Assembly: GCA_021772635.1 (NCBI GenBank)
Contig: JAJFLP010000113.1
Coordinates: 813-64,812, forward strand
DNA: 64,000 nt
From: Verrucomicrobiota bacterium
Lineage (GTDB): Bacteria; Verrucomicrobiota; Lentisphaeria; JABSQK01; JAJFLO01
Reading direction: 5' to 3'
Part shown: positions 10,870-20,186 of the stretch, in pieces
Position numbering within the stretch: the stretch's first letter is position 1
Layout of the letters: every line of letters starts with the position of its first letter
Notes under the pieces: generated by a model
What the model was told of the DNA's origin: nothing
The model's input: the letters and a program-made list of their open reading frames with translations, nothing else
Databases searched by the model: none
Made by a program: the position numbers and the translations under genes

Positions 10870-12099
10870 ATGGGAATACGAATACCCATGAGAGAACCTC
10901 TTCTGATAAAAGTATCCGGGGAAGATAAGCCCGGTGTGACCACCGCTATTACGGCTATATTGGCACGATATAAAATCAATATTCTCGATATAGGCCAGTC
11001 GGTCATTCACCGGCATCTTTCACTCGGTATTCTGACCGATATGCCGCAATCTGCTGAATCTTCGCCGGTGTTGAAGGATCTTCTTTTCCAAATTCACAAA
11101 CTCAAACTTCAGGTAAGTTTTGAGCCGGTAGATGAAGATAGCTACGGACAATGGGTGGATCAACAGGGGAAAGGTCGCTATATCGTTTCGCTGCTAACCC
11201 GCAAGGTCACAGCGGATCAGCTATCCCAGGTCACGGCAGTGGCAACTAAGCATGGTCTGAATATTGACCAGATTAGCCGGTTATCGGGCCGCGTCCATTT
11301 GGACACCGTACACAATCAAGCAAAGGCGTGTGTCGAGTTCTCGGCACGCGGGAATCCGAAAGACCTGGCAGAATTGCGAAACGAATTTTTGGAGCTATCG
11401 CAATCGCTCGATATGGATATCGCATTCCAAACGGATAATATGTTCAGACGCAATCGGCGCTTGGTATGTTTCGATATGGACTCAACATTGATCGAGACAG
11501 AGGTCATCAATGAGCTCGCCAAGAGAGCCGGGGTCGGGGAACAAGTGGCGGCCGTCACTGAAGCTGCGATGGAAGGAAAGATGGATTTCGTCGAAAGCTT
11601 TAAACAGCGCGTCGCCTTATTGAAGGGGCTGGACGAGAAAGTGTTGAAGGAGGTCGCCGAGAGTCTTCCGCTGACAGAGGGTGCCGAAAACCTGGTTAGC
11701 AATTTGAAAAGAGCCGGATACAAGACGGCAATCCTATCGGGAGGATTCACCTATTTCGGAGAGTTTCTGAAGCGAAAATTAGGCATTGATTATGTATTCG
11801 CCAACGTTTTGGACATCGACAATGGCAAAGTAACCGGAAAAGTGGTTGAACCGGTAGTAGATGGCGACCGCAAAGCTGATTTGCTTCGGCTCCTGGCACA
11901 ACAGGAGAGTATTTCACTCGAACAAGTTATAGCCGTAGGCGATGGTGCGAATGATCTACCGATGCTTAGCGCTGCCGGCTTAGGCATCGCGTTTAAGGCT
12001 AAACCGCTGGTTAAAGCATCTGCTAAACAATCCATTTCAACCCTGGGCCTGGATGGAATATTATATCTCCTGGGTTTTAGAGACAGAGATATCGGCTAG
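10870..12099 (+). CDS. serB: Phosphoserine phosphatase with ACT domains (start may be 10888)
   Basis: GEDKPG ACT domain; FDMDST, SGGF and GDGAND HAD motifs. Confidence 0.96.
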   Translation: MGIRIPMREPLLIKVSGEDKPGVTTAITAILARYKINILDIGQSVIHRHLSLGILTDMPQSAESSPVLKDLLFQIHKLKLQVSFEPVDEDSYGQWVDQQGKGRYIVSLLTRKVTADQLSQVTAVATKHGLNIDQISRLSGRVHLDTVHNQAKACVEFSARGNPKDLAELRNEFLELSQSLDMDIAFQTDNMFRRNRRLVCFDMDSTLIETEVINELAKRAGVGEQVAAVTEAAMEGKMDFVESFKQRVALLKGLDEKVLKEVAESLPLTEGAENLVSNLKRAGYKTAILSGGFTYFGEFLKRKLGIDYVFANVLDIDNGKVTGKVVEPVVDGDRKADLLRLLAQQESISLEQVIAVGDGANDLPMLSAAGLGIAFKAKPLVKASAKQSISTLGLDGILYLLGFRDRDIG

Positions 12100-12303
12100 C
12101 CTGATCTAGTGAACCCCGTGTACGCACTGAACGTCAAAGTGAATCCCACGGGTTTATCCCGTGGATTGTTCAGTTACTCCTTTCTACGAAGCAGAGAGGA
12201 GCAGCAAGAAAAATATGCCTGCGACTACGACCCTTGCCTTTGCAATTTTCTGTTTCCTGGCGTAGATTAAGGCAACGTTGTTGCGGTGGCAACGAAACGT
12301 TAA

Positions 12304-12538
12304 CTAGTCCTGTCCTGAAATAGCCGATTCGTGTTGATCGGGCGAGTCAAAAGTAGCTCGGCCCCCGCGGTCGCGGGGCCAGGCCTCGCTACGGCGCAGG
12401 CCGGCAGCTGAGTAAAAAACACCCACGCAGTCAGGAGCCGAGCCCCGCAGGCGGGGCGAGACGGGCTGTCCGCGGGACAGAATGAACGCTGTGAATGACA
12501 ATGACCGCGTTACTTTTCTATTTCAGCACAGAAACTAA
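12304..12538. mobile_element. MITE with imperfect ~20-bp terminal inverted repeats
   Basis: CTAGTCCTGTCCTGAAATAG ... CTATTTCAGCACAGAAACTAA; GC-rich internal hairpins. Confidence 0.55.
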
Positions 12539-12539
12539 C

Positions 12540-12674
12540 CAGACCCTGTTCGGAGTCTCTTACCCAATCATTTTGAAGTCGCCTACGCGTAAGCGTCCCG
12601 TACAGACGGGATCCTCGCTCATGCGGGAAGAGTCTCGGATAATCCGGATCGAAAATTATACCGCTTGCGGTATA
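12540..12674. mobile_element. TA-flanked miniature element (family A, one end degenerate)
   Basis: GTTCGGAGTCTCTTACCCAATCATTTTGAAGTC ... TATACCGCTTGCGGTATA. Confidence 0.75.
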
Positions 12675-12697
12675 CACTAGACAAGGGGGCACGGACC

Positions 12698-13126
12698 ATG
12701 CGAATTCTAATTGTCGATGATGACGTCCACAATCGCAATCTCTTAGCAGCGGTGTTGAACGATTTTGGCGACTGTATGTTTGCGAGTGATGGCGCGGAGG
12801 CGATTGCTGCTTATCAGCAAGCAATTTCGGAGGGAGTTCCGTATAATCTGATTACGCTCGATATTGAAATGCCGAATATGGATGGTCACGAGGCCTTAGC
12901 CGCCATCAGAAAGCATGAAAAAGACCGGAATATTGCGAGCGAGGATGGTATTGTCGTTATAATGATTTCGGCGTGTGATGATGACGAAAATCTTGAGAAA
13001 TCTTTCAAAGAGGCATGTACGGCATATATCCTCAAGCCAGTTGACCCGGAAAGTTTGATCTCGACGATGAAAAGAATGGGAATCCTCGCCAGCGACAAGG
13101 GGCAATTCGATCCAGGATTCATATAG
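12698..13126 (+). CDS. Single-domain response regulator (CheY-like)
   Basis: ILIVDDD, ITLDIEMP, ISA and LKP motifs. Confidence 0.92.
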   Translation: MRILIVDDDVHNRNLLAAVLNDFGDCMFASDGAEAIAAYQQAISEGVPYNLITLDIEMPNMDGHEALAAIRKHEKDRNIASEDGIVVIMISACDDDENLEKSFKEACTAYILKPVDPESLISTMKRMGILASDKGQFDPGFI

Positions 13127-13289
13127 TCTGAAAGTTTCCCCGCCTCCGGCGGTCCGTATGGACGGATTCTTCCGATATCAGCGTGAATCCGGTCAATACG
13201 GGACACTTACGCGGTACGCACGAGCGGACTCCGAGGATGCGGAGAGCGCCAAGGGCGACCAATTTTCGGTCCGGATTCCCGCGCAACCT

Positions 13290-14498
13290 TCAATTCGGCG
13301 GACCTTTCGGCAGCGATACGGTAACGGTCGTCCCCTTGCCGGCTTCGCTTCGAATCGATATTTCTCCACCGACTGGTTTCAGTAATTCGCGGCATGTATA
13401 AAGTCCTAAACCGGTTCCAACGGGCTCGTCTCCGTTGTTAGCCTCGCCTCTCGCCGGTTTAGAGGTATAAAAAGGGTCGAAAATCTTCTTAATGTCGTCT
13501 GGGGGGATACCACAGCCGGTATCAGTCACTTCCATGAAGACAACGGATTCATCCTGATAGGTGCGTATTTTTAATCGCTTTTTGTAGTCGTCGACCTTCC
13601 ACATGGCATCCAGTGCATTGTTCACGAGGTTATGTAATATTTGCGATAGTATCGATGCATCCACGAGTTGGCACTCGATAGCGTCATCAAGTTCGATTTC
13701 TTTTTTAACTTTATTCTTAAAATGAGAGTCAATATTCAGTAGATCCAATTCCTTCCGTATTACGTTATTAATATTCGTGATTCGGGAAATCGGCTTTTGC
13801 CCCTCGCGATTGACTACCAGGAGATCGTCTGTTAGCTGGTTTATTCGACCAGTTACTTCGTTAATAACTTCACAGTGACCTTTAATCACATTATCGTCGT
13901 TTTCTGTAGATAGATCCAGAATCAATTTGTTGTAGCCGCTAATGATCCCAAGCGGATTTTTCAGATTATGAACAACCCCTTGTATCATTCGACCGATAAT
14001 CGCGGATTTTTCCTGCTCCACCAGTTTTTGGGATTTCTGTTCAACAAGATTTTCTAAATTTTCGTTGAGTTCGGCTAATTCGCGATTCTTTTCTTCCAGG
14101 CTCTTTGTGAGCGTGGCAATCGTCAGATGAGTTCGGATACGTGTTAAAATTTCCTCGTTCTGAAAAGGTTTCGTGACATAGTCGACAGCACCGGATTTGA
14201 GACCTTTAACAACATTTGATGTCTCGCTTAGAGCTGTCATAAAAATGATTGGAATGCTCGCCGTGCATTTGCTTTTTTTCAATAATTCGCAGGTTTCGAA
14301 CCCATTTAATCCGGGCATCATAATATCCAATAAAATCAAATCCGGATCCGTTTCCGTCGCGCGATCGATTGCTGTTTGTCCGTCGCGCGCAAATAATGTT
14401 TCAAACCCCGCTTGTTCCAGGATATCAAAAAGCACATTCAAGTTCGTCGGATTATCGTCGACGATTAGGATGGTGGAAGATAGGAGTGGTTTAACCAT
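13290..14498 (-). CDS. Hybrid response regulator-histidine kinase
   Basis: REC domain (VDD, LLDIMMP, TKP); VHNLKNP H-box; NALDA, DTGCG, FYTSK and GTGLGL ATPase boxes. Confidence 0.93.
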   Translation of the reverse strand: MVKPLLSSTILIVDDNPTNLNVLFDILEQAGFETLFARDGQTAIDRATETDPDLILLDIMMPGLNGFETCELLKKSKCTASIPIIFMTALSETSNVVKGLKSGAVDYVTKPFQNEEILTRIRTHLTIATLTKSLEEKNRELAELNENLENLVEQKSQKLVEQEKSAIIGRMIQGVVHNLKNPLGIISGYNKLILDLSTENDDNVIKGHCEVINEVTGRINQLTDDLLVVNREGQKPISRITNINNVIRKELDLLNIDSHFKNKVKKEIELDDAIECQLVDASILSQILHNLVNNALDAMWKVDDYKKRLKIRTYQDESVVFMEVTDTGCGIPPDDIKKIFDPFYTSKPARGEANNGDEPVGTGLGLYTCRELLKPVGGEISIRSEAGKGTTVTVSLPKGPPN

Positions 14499-17400
14499 TG
14501 TTTCGCAACTTGTTTATGATTGATAAGATCTGCGCATCGTCGAACTGCTCTGCTAATTCCCGTAACTTTATTACAAGAGCGTTATATTTGCTATCCAATC
14601 GGTCGATATCATCTAAAGTCTTCAAAAGTCCTTTGATGTCGCCCCTCTGGGAATAACGAATTATCGCATCGGTATTTTCCTGCGGTGGTAGAACCCAGGC
14701 GAACGAATCGGTTGAACCTGTCGAGTCGGAGGTCGGCGTTTCGCTAGTATTATTATCGAATATTACGTCCAAACCGAGTTCGTCACTCACGAGTTTCAGA
14801 AGTTGCCTGCGATCGACCGGATCGGACAGGAACCCCTGGCAACCCCCTTTCATCGACGTTCCTTGATATTCTTGGGCTACAGAGCCGGAAATAAGAATAA
14901 TTGGGACGCCGCTAAGAGTGGAAAATTTTCGTATTCTCTCAATATCCTGATATCCTCCGTCCGGATCCGGAGCGACAAGGTCGACAATCAGCAAATCCGG
15001 CTTGTTAGAAATCGATCCCTCAACGGCGTTGCTGTCAAGGGTGATTTCTTGAATCAAAAAACCGGATGGTTTTAGCATGTTGGTTAATAATATGCCGTTT
15101 TCTTTATTGTCAGCGGCAATCAGAATTCGGTGATTCTGACCGCAAATCTTCTTTATTTGGCGATTGTCGTTAATCTTCATGTCGCCCACGCCCGTAGCCG
15201 TTACAGCAATCATATCGATGTCGAACCAAAAGGTCGTACCCGATGGCGGTGTACTTTCTACTCTCAGATTTCCCCCCATTAATTCTACTAATTTCTTACT
15301 GATCGCCAGCCCCAGGCCTGTACCACTAATAGAATCGCGCAGATCTCCGACTCGCTGAAATTCCACAAAAATTCTTTCGAGATTGTCGGTGGCGATACCG
15401 ACGCCTGTGTCCGTGACGCTGAAGCGGAGACGGACATAATTTGATTGCCATTGATCCGAGGGTAATGAGAGGACTGTTTGCGTGTGGTCGGGAGGTATAT
15501 CTTTCAAGATTTCAACACAGAAGGTTATGCTCCCGTTATCAGTAAATTTGATCGCATTACCGATAAGATTCAGGAGAATCTGGCGCAACTTTTTCTCGTC
15601 TGCGTATAAATGCTTTGGCAACGCATCATCCGGTTGAAGGATAAAAGCGAGCCCTTTTTGTTCTGATCGAAGTTGGAACATTGCGCGAAATTCACCGAGG
15701 AACTCGGGCAGTTCGAAAACATTGAGGTCAAGATTAAATTCTCCAGCCTCAATTTTTGATAAGTCGAGGACTTCATTTATGAGATCAAGTAAGTGTCGCC
15801 CCGATGACTCGATAATCTTCGCGGCTTTCAGCTGGTCGCCAGTCAGCCTTTCGTCTGCGGTTAGAATTTGCGCATACCCCAGTATTCCATTTAGCGGCGT
15901 CCTATGTTCGTGACTCATATTTGCCAAAAATTCACTTTTCGCTAGTGACGCCGCATCTGCAGCTTTTTTGGCGTCCTTAAGCGATTCCAAATTCTGCTTG
16001 TGGTTGGTGATGTCGCGAAATGTTCCAGTATAGAATACATCATCATCGACAGTGGCTTCCGCGAATGAGGCTTCCATTGGAAATGAGCATCCATCAGCCT
16101 TCTTCCCAGCCAGTTCGCGACATAATTTCTCGGCAGCAGCGCGTTCAAGAATCGTTTTGATCTCTCCTGTCGACGCGTCGCGCGACGACTCAAAATCAAA
16201 ACATACCAGTTCGGTTATCGGTTTCCCTTTGACATCGGCGAGTTGACATCCGAATGCAGCCTCGGCGCATGGATTAAGGGTGGAAATAAGCAGATCATTT
16301 TTCGAAAACGTAACGATCCCATCCATCGCGGACTGCACGATCGCCTCTGTTTTGGCCACGGCGTGTTCCAATGCCCCCATGACCTGGTTGTATAATGATC
16401 CAATTTGACCGACCTCGGTAAATGGCTCAACCGGTACTCTTAGAGATAGATTTCCCGTTTTTTCCTGTTCCTTCATTACTGTGAACAATTCAATTAACTC
16501 CGAACGCTCACCGTGCTCCGTGATATTTAGGCCAGTTGCCTCATCTTTGAGACTGACGCGTATTGGATAAATCTTATTAAGAGTTTTCAGGAAAATGAAG
16601 GCGATGGAGAATGACCAGACGAAACAAGCGCAAATTCCTGAGATTTGCGCGATTATCTGTTCCATCTGTCCGAGTCCGGTTCCAAGCAACTTCGGATCAC
16701 CAAATAATCCGACGGCAAGTGTCCCCCAAATCCCCGCCCCGAGATGTACCGGAATCGCCGACACAGCATCGTCGATTTTGAATCGCAATAGCAGGTTATG
16801 GACCCCGTACATTACGGCTGCGCCGACGGTTCCGATAATCAGGGCTTCTACTGTACTGACAGCGTTGCATGCCGCTGTTATAGCGACGAGTCCCGCCAAC
16901 GCCCCGTTCATGATCAGGATAATATCGAAGTGTTTCTTTAAAATCAGATGGAGAATGATCGTCATCGTAAGACCTGCAGCGCCGCCGATAAGCGTATTGA
17001 ACAGGATTTTCGGGATATACTCATTTACCGTGAGCGTGCTCCCTCCCGTGAACCCGAACCAGCCGAACCACAAGAGCATAACACCGAGGACAGCGGATGG
17101 TATATTGGCAGCGGGGATCTTATTAACAGTACCGTCGCTTGAAAACCTGCCGGCACGCGGCCCGATCACAAGAAGAGCCGCGAGCCCCACCCAACCGCCG
17201 AGGCTATGAATAACGGTAGACCCGGCAAAATCTACGAACCCCCGCTCTGCCAGCCAGCCACCTAAGATTTCCCCGTCGATCCCATTCCAGACCCAATGAC
17301 CGAAAATCGGGTATATGACAACCGAAACAATTATCGTTATACCTATATAGCTCGTAAAACGGATTCGCTCAGCGACCGCGCCGGATAAAATCGTAACCGC

Positions 17401-17706
17401 CGCACCGCAGTACATGAACTGAAATAATAAAAAAGCGGAGAACCAGGAATCTCGTTCATCGACATTGGGTAGAAAATGTGTCGAACCGATCAGGCCGAAC
17501 TTTGATGCCCCGAACATGAGACCGTAGCCGATCATCCAGTAAGCGATTGCCGATATACCAAGGTCAGTGATGTTCTTGGAGGCGACGTTGATATTGTTCT
17601 TACTGCGCGTCAGTCCGGTTTCGAGACACAGAAAGCCTGCCTGCATTAGAAATACCATGCCGGAGCACGAAACTAACCATAAGATGTCAACCGACGATTT
17701 TTCCAA
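14491..17706 (-). CDS. Ammonium transporter (Amt)-PAS-histidine kinase-receiver fusion
   Basis: Amt motifs MQAGF, AVAER, DFAGSTVIH, WFGWFGF, DDAVSAIPVH; PAS domain; SHEHRTP H-box; NAIKFT, DTGVG, GTGLGL; degenerate C-terminal REC. Confidence 0.93.
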   Translation of the reverse strand: MEKSSVDILWLVSCSGMVFLMQAGFLCLETGLTRSKNNINVASKNITDLGISAIAYWMIGYGLMFGASKFGLIGSTHFLPNVDERDSWFSAFLLFQFMYCGAAVTILSGAVAERIRFTSYIGITIIVSVVIYPIFGHWVWNGIDGEILGGWLAERGFVDFAGSTVIHSLGGWVGLAALLVIGPRAGRFSSDGTVNKIPAANIPSAVLGVMLLWFGWFGFTGGSTLTVNEYIPKILFNTLIGGAAGLTMTIILHLILKKHFDIILIMNGALAGLVAITAACNAVSTVEALIIGTVGAAVMYGVHNLLLRFKIDDAVSAIPVHLGAGIWGTLAVGLFGDPKLLGTGLGQMEQIIAQISGICACFVWSFSIAFIFLKTLNKIYPIRVSLKDEATGLNITEHGERSELIELFTVMKEQEKTGNLSLRVPVEPFTEVGQIGSLYNQVMGALEHAVAKTEAIVQSAMDGIVTFSKNDLLISTLNPCAEAAFGCQLADVKGKPITELVCFDFESSRDASTGEIKTILERAAAEKLCRELAGKKADGCSFPMEASFAEATVDDDVFYTGTFRDITNHKQNLESLKDAKKAADAASLAKSEFLANMSHEHRTPLNGILGYAQILTADERLTGDQLKAAKIIESSGRHLLDLINEVLDLSKIEAGEFNLDLNVFELPEFLGEFRAMFQLRSEQKGLAFILQPDDALPKHLYADEKKLRQILLNLIGNAIKFTDNGSITFCVEILKDIPPDHTQTVLSLPSDQWQSNYVRLRFSVTDTGVGIATDNLERIFVEFQRVGDLRDSISGTGLGLAISKKLVELMGGNLRVESTPPSGTTFWFDIDMIAVTATGVGDMKINDNRQIKKICGQNHRILIAADNKENGILLTNMLKPSGFLIQEITLDSNAVEGSISNKPDLLIVDLVAPDPDGGYQDIERIRKFSTLSGVPIILISGSVAQEYQGTSMKGGCQGFLSDPVDRRQLLKLVSDELGLDVIFDNNTSETPTSDSTGSTDSFAWVLPPQENTDAIIRYSQRGDIKGLLKTLDDIDRLDSKYNALVIKLRELAEQFDDAQILSIINKLRNNG

Positions 17707-17765
17707 AACATTCTCCGATTACAGCTTTCAAGTTTATTGCTGTTAAATTAACTATACTGAAATAA

Positions 17766-17908
17766 GCGAACATTCCGATTCGTAATCTTGCTCTTACTCT
17801 TACTCGTAATCATAATCTTTCTCGTTTTTCGAGGTGATGAAATTTGGAAAGAGATTACGATTATGATTACGAGGACGATTACGAATAAAATCCAACGAAA
17901 AGTTCGTG
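17766..17908. repeat. Long hairpin made of 6-bp GATTAC/GTAATC units
   Basis: ATTCGTAATCTTGCTCTTACTCTTACTCGTAATCATAATC ... GATTACGATTATGATTACGAGGACGATTACGAAT. Confidence 0.75.
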
Positions 17909-17910
17909 CA

Positions 17911-18109
17911 TATACCCATCGTCATTAGGTTTTTCAACCGTCCATAGTTCCTGCTGGCCAGCAGAACGACGGCTGTTCAATATATCGTTCGGAATCCCTT
18001 AGATGATTTAGGTTAAAAGTCTTCTCTCCGTATTCTCGGAGTCCGCTTGTGCGGACCGCACGAGCGGAGTCCGTCCATACGGACCAAATATTATACTGCT
18101 TGCAGTATA
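17911..18109. mobile_element. TA-flanked miniature element (family A)
   Basis: Contains CTGCTGGCCAGCAG and CCGCACGAGCGG modules; ends TATACTGCTTGCAGTATA. Confidence 0.75.
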
Positions 18110-18132
18110 GATCGAACCAGAAGGAACGTACC

Positions 18133-18741
18133 ATGAAAAATAGCGCGATCGTTGAACTCGAACAGGAAATTCACGAAAAAATTAAGAAACTCAATGAGCT
18201 ACGCAGCGCTCATCGAGGGGAGAAGGTTCGCAACTACGAATTTACGACACTGGACGGAAGCGCAACGCTCTCGGATTTCTTTGGTGATCGGAGCAAGCTC
18301 CTGGTGATCCACAATATGGGCCAGGGTTGTCGCTACTGTACGCTATGGGCCGATGGTTTCAACGGGTTCCTCGGACATCTCGAATCCGTGCTTTCAGTTG
18401 TTCTGGTATCGAAGGATTCCCCGATAGCGCAGCGGCGATTCGCGAATTCAAGAGGCTGGAGATTCCGGCTGGCCTCTCATGAGGGCGGTGATTACATTCG
18501 CGAGCAGACAGTCGTCAGTGGTTGTGGCTGTGATAATATGCCGGGTGCTGTCGTTTATGAGCGAGATGGCGATGACATTTACCAGAAGAACACCTGCGTA
18601 TTCGGCCCGGGCGATATTTATTGTCCAATGTGGAGCTTACTGGGGCTCGCCGGCCTCGGCGAAGCCGACTGGACACCGCAATTCAACTACTGGCGTCGCC
18701 CGGAAGCACTTGACGATGGCGGAGCGAATCTGCTGGAATGA
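18133..18741 (+). CDS. DUF899 thioredoxin-like family protein
   Basis: AAGGA RBS; HNMGQGCRYCTLWADGFNG; FANSRGWRF. Confidence 0.85.
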   Translation: MKNSAIVELEQEIHEKIKKLNELRSAHRGEKVRNYEFTTLDGSATLSDFFGDRSKLLVIHNMGQGCRYCTLWADGFNGFLGHLESVLSVVLVSKDSPIAQRRFANSRGWRFRLASHEGGDYIREQTVVSGCGCDNMPGAVVYERDGDDIYQKNTCVFGPGDIYCPMWSLLGLAGLGEADWTPQFNYWRRPEALDDGGANLLE

Positions 18742-18909
18742 TGCTAAGGCGTGATACGTGTTTATTCATTAACTATTAACGGAGTCAACGACTTCCAGAA
18801 CAGCCAGAGGCTTAAAAGATGTGAAACGCTCGAAGCCGATCGTTTTCTGCCGCCACCAGGGCGGCTTCCGTCAATTTCGCTTTGTTCAGAAAAATTAGCG
18901 TACGACTAA

Positions 18910-19165
18910 CTAGACCCTGTTCGAAAAGGTCTAGCGAGCCGCGTTGGGTGCGCATGAAGGACAGGTTTTGATGATTGCCGCTCACGTTAATACCTTGTAG
19001 GTATTGACTTAGCGATAATCATCAAAAGATGCCTTCATCCGCCCCAACCCTGTGGGCGCGAGTCTCTTTCGGCGAATATTGGACATCTTCAACGAAATGT
19101 CGGGAGAAAATGAGATAATTTGGCATTTTCGCAGTCGATTCGGCTAAAGCCCGACAGGCTCCTAG
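18910..19165. mobile_element. CTAG-ended MITE-like element with long internal hairpin
   Basis: CTAGACCCTGTTCG ... CGACAGGCTCCTAG; internal arms ATGAAGG..TTTTGATGATT..TAATACC / GGTATTG..AATCATCAAAA..CCTTCAT. Confidence 0.5.
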
Positions 19166-19261
19166 GCTGATAAGTAGAATTGCATTCCACGCGGCCTAAT
19201 CTATCGTAGTATAAAATCCAACAAATTTTTCGATTTTGATTTCTCTATCTGGATGTGACCT

Positions 19262-19687
19262 TTGAGTGCTATCAGAAAAATTAGATTCCAGCGACGAATG
19301 TCTTGGCTTCTTTGCACGCTTTTCGTGTGGGCCTATGGGTTCCACGAAGCGGAGCATATCGCCGGCACCGACGCGGGACATGCAGAAGTCGCGGCGGCGC
19401 ATCTGGACGTGGCTGGGATTTCCTCAGCGTGTGGTGGTGCCTGCGATCGTTCCGATCATCATCATGATTCATCGCCCTCCGATCATGCCGACAACTGCCT
19501 CATTTGTCACGGAAGCGGGATCGCCTTTCATAAGCTTGCAGACTCCTTCGTTCTAATTGTCTCCGGCGAACACGAGATTATCGTGCCGGTCGAACACGGT
19601 CATGGCTCTGCGACCATCCTCTCCGCCGTTTCCCCACGCGGCCCTCCCGAAACCAGGTTTAACCACACTCAATCTGCTTCCTCCTGA
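19262..19687 (+). CDS. His/Cys-rich DUF2946-like protein
   Basis: HEAEH, HHHD, CLICH and C-terminal PRGPP. Confidence 0.7.
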   Translation: MSAIRKIRFQRRMSWLLCTLFVWAYGFHEAEHIAGTDAGHAEVAAAHLDVAGISSACGGACDRSDHHHDSSPSDHADNCLICHGSGIAFHKLADSFVLIVSGEHEIIVPVEHGHGSATILSAVSPRGPPETRFNHTQSASS

Positions 19688-19690
19688 TTT

Positions 19691-19792
19691 TAGACTGTAA
19701 GCAGTCGAATTTTTGGGACGACTTTGAATTTGTCAGCTATAAGATTCCGGTATGAAATTCATCCCGTATGCGAGACAAAGGTGCTCAGTATA
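19691..19792. mobile_element. TA-flanked miniature element (family A)
   Basis: TAGACTGTAAGCAGTCGAATTTT ... GGTGCTCAGTATA; inverse orientation of the 2338 copy. Confidence 0.75.
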
Positions 19793-20186
19793 CGGCAACT
19801 TGACGACACACAAAGTCCCCTTGGATTGCCCCGAATTCGTTTCTTCCCTCAGTCTGATCAATTAGGCGTTCTTGAACTGTTTCGAAGCAGATTTAATACA
19901 CGCGGATACCGAATCACGAGTCCGCGCAATTTCCTAATCCGAAGAACGAATTTCAAGACTCCCTAAGGTGCGACACAACGGGTCTCGCTCAGAACGGTTT
20001 CCGAAGTGTAAATTTTGATTCTTAATCACCACCTCAGATTTGTCAATTGCGTTCGACTGACTCGCCGATTCTACTCGATGTCCCCCCCCCCGGACGCCGA
20101 GCCCTTCTCGCATTGTTCAGCTGGAATAATGAATTTTTGCGCTGGCATTTTAGCCGGCGGACCAAATCACAAGGATACCCACCACC

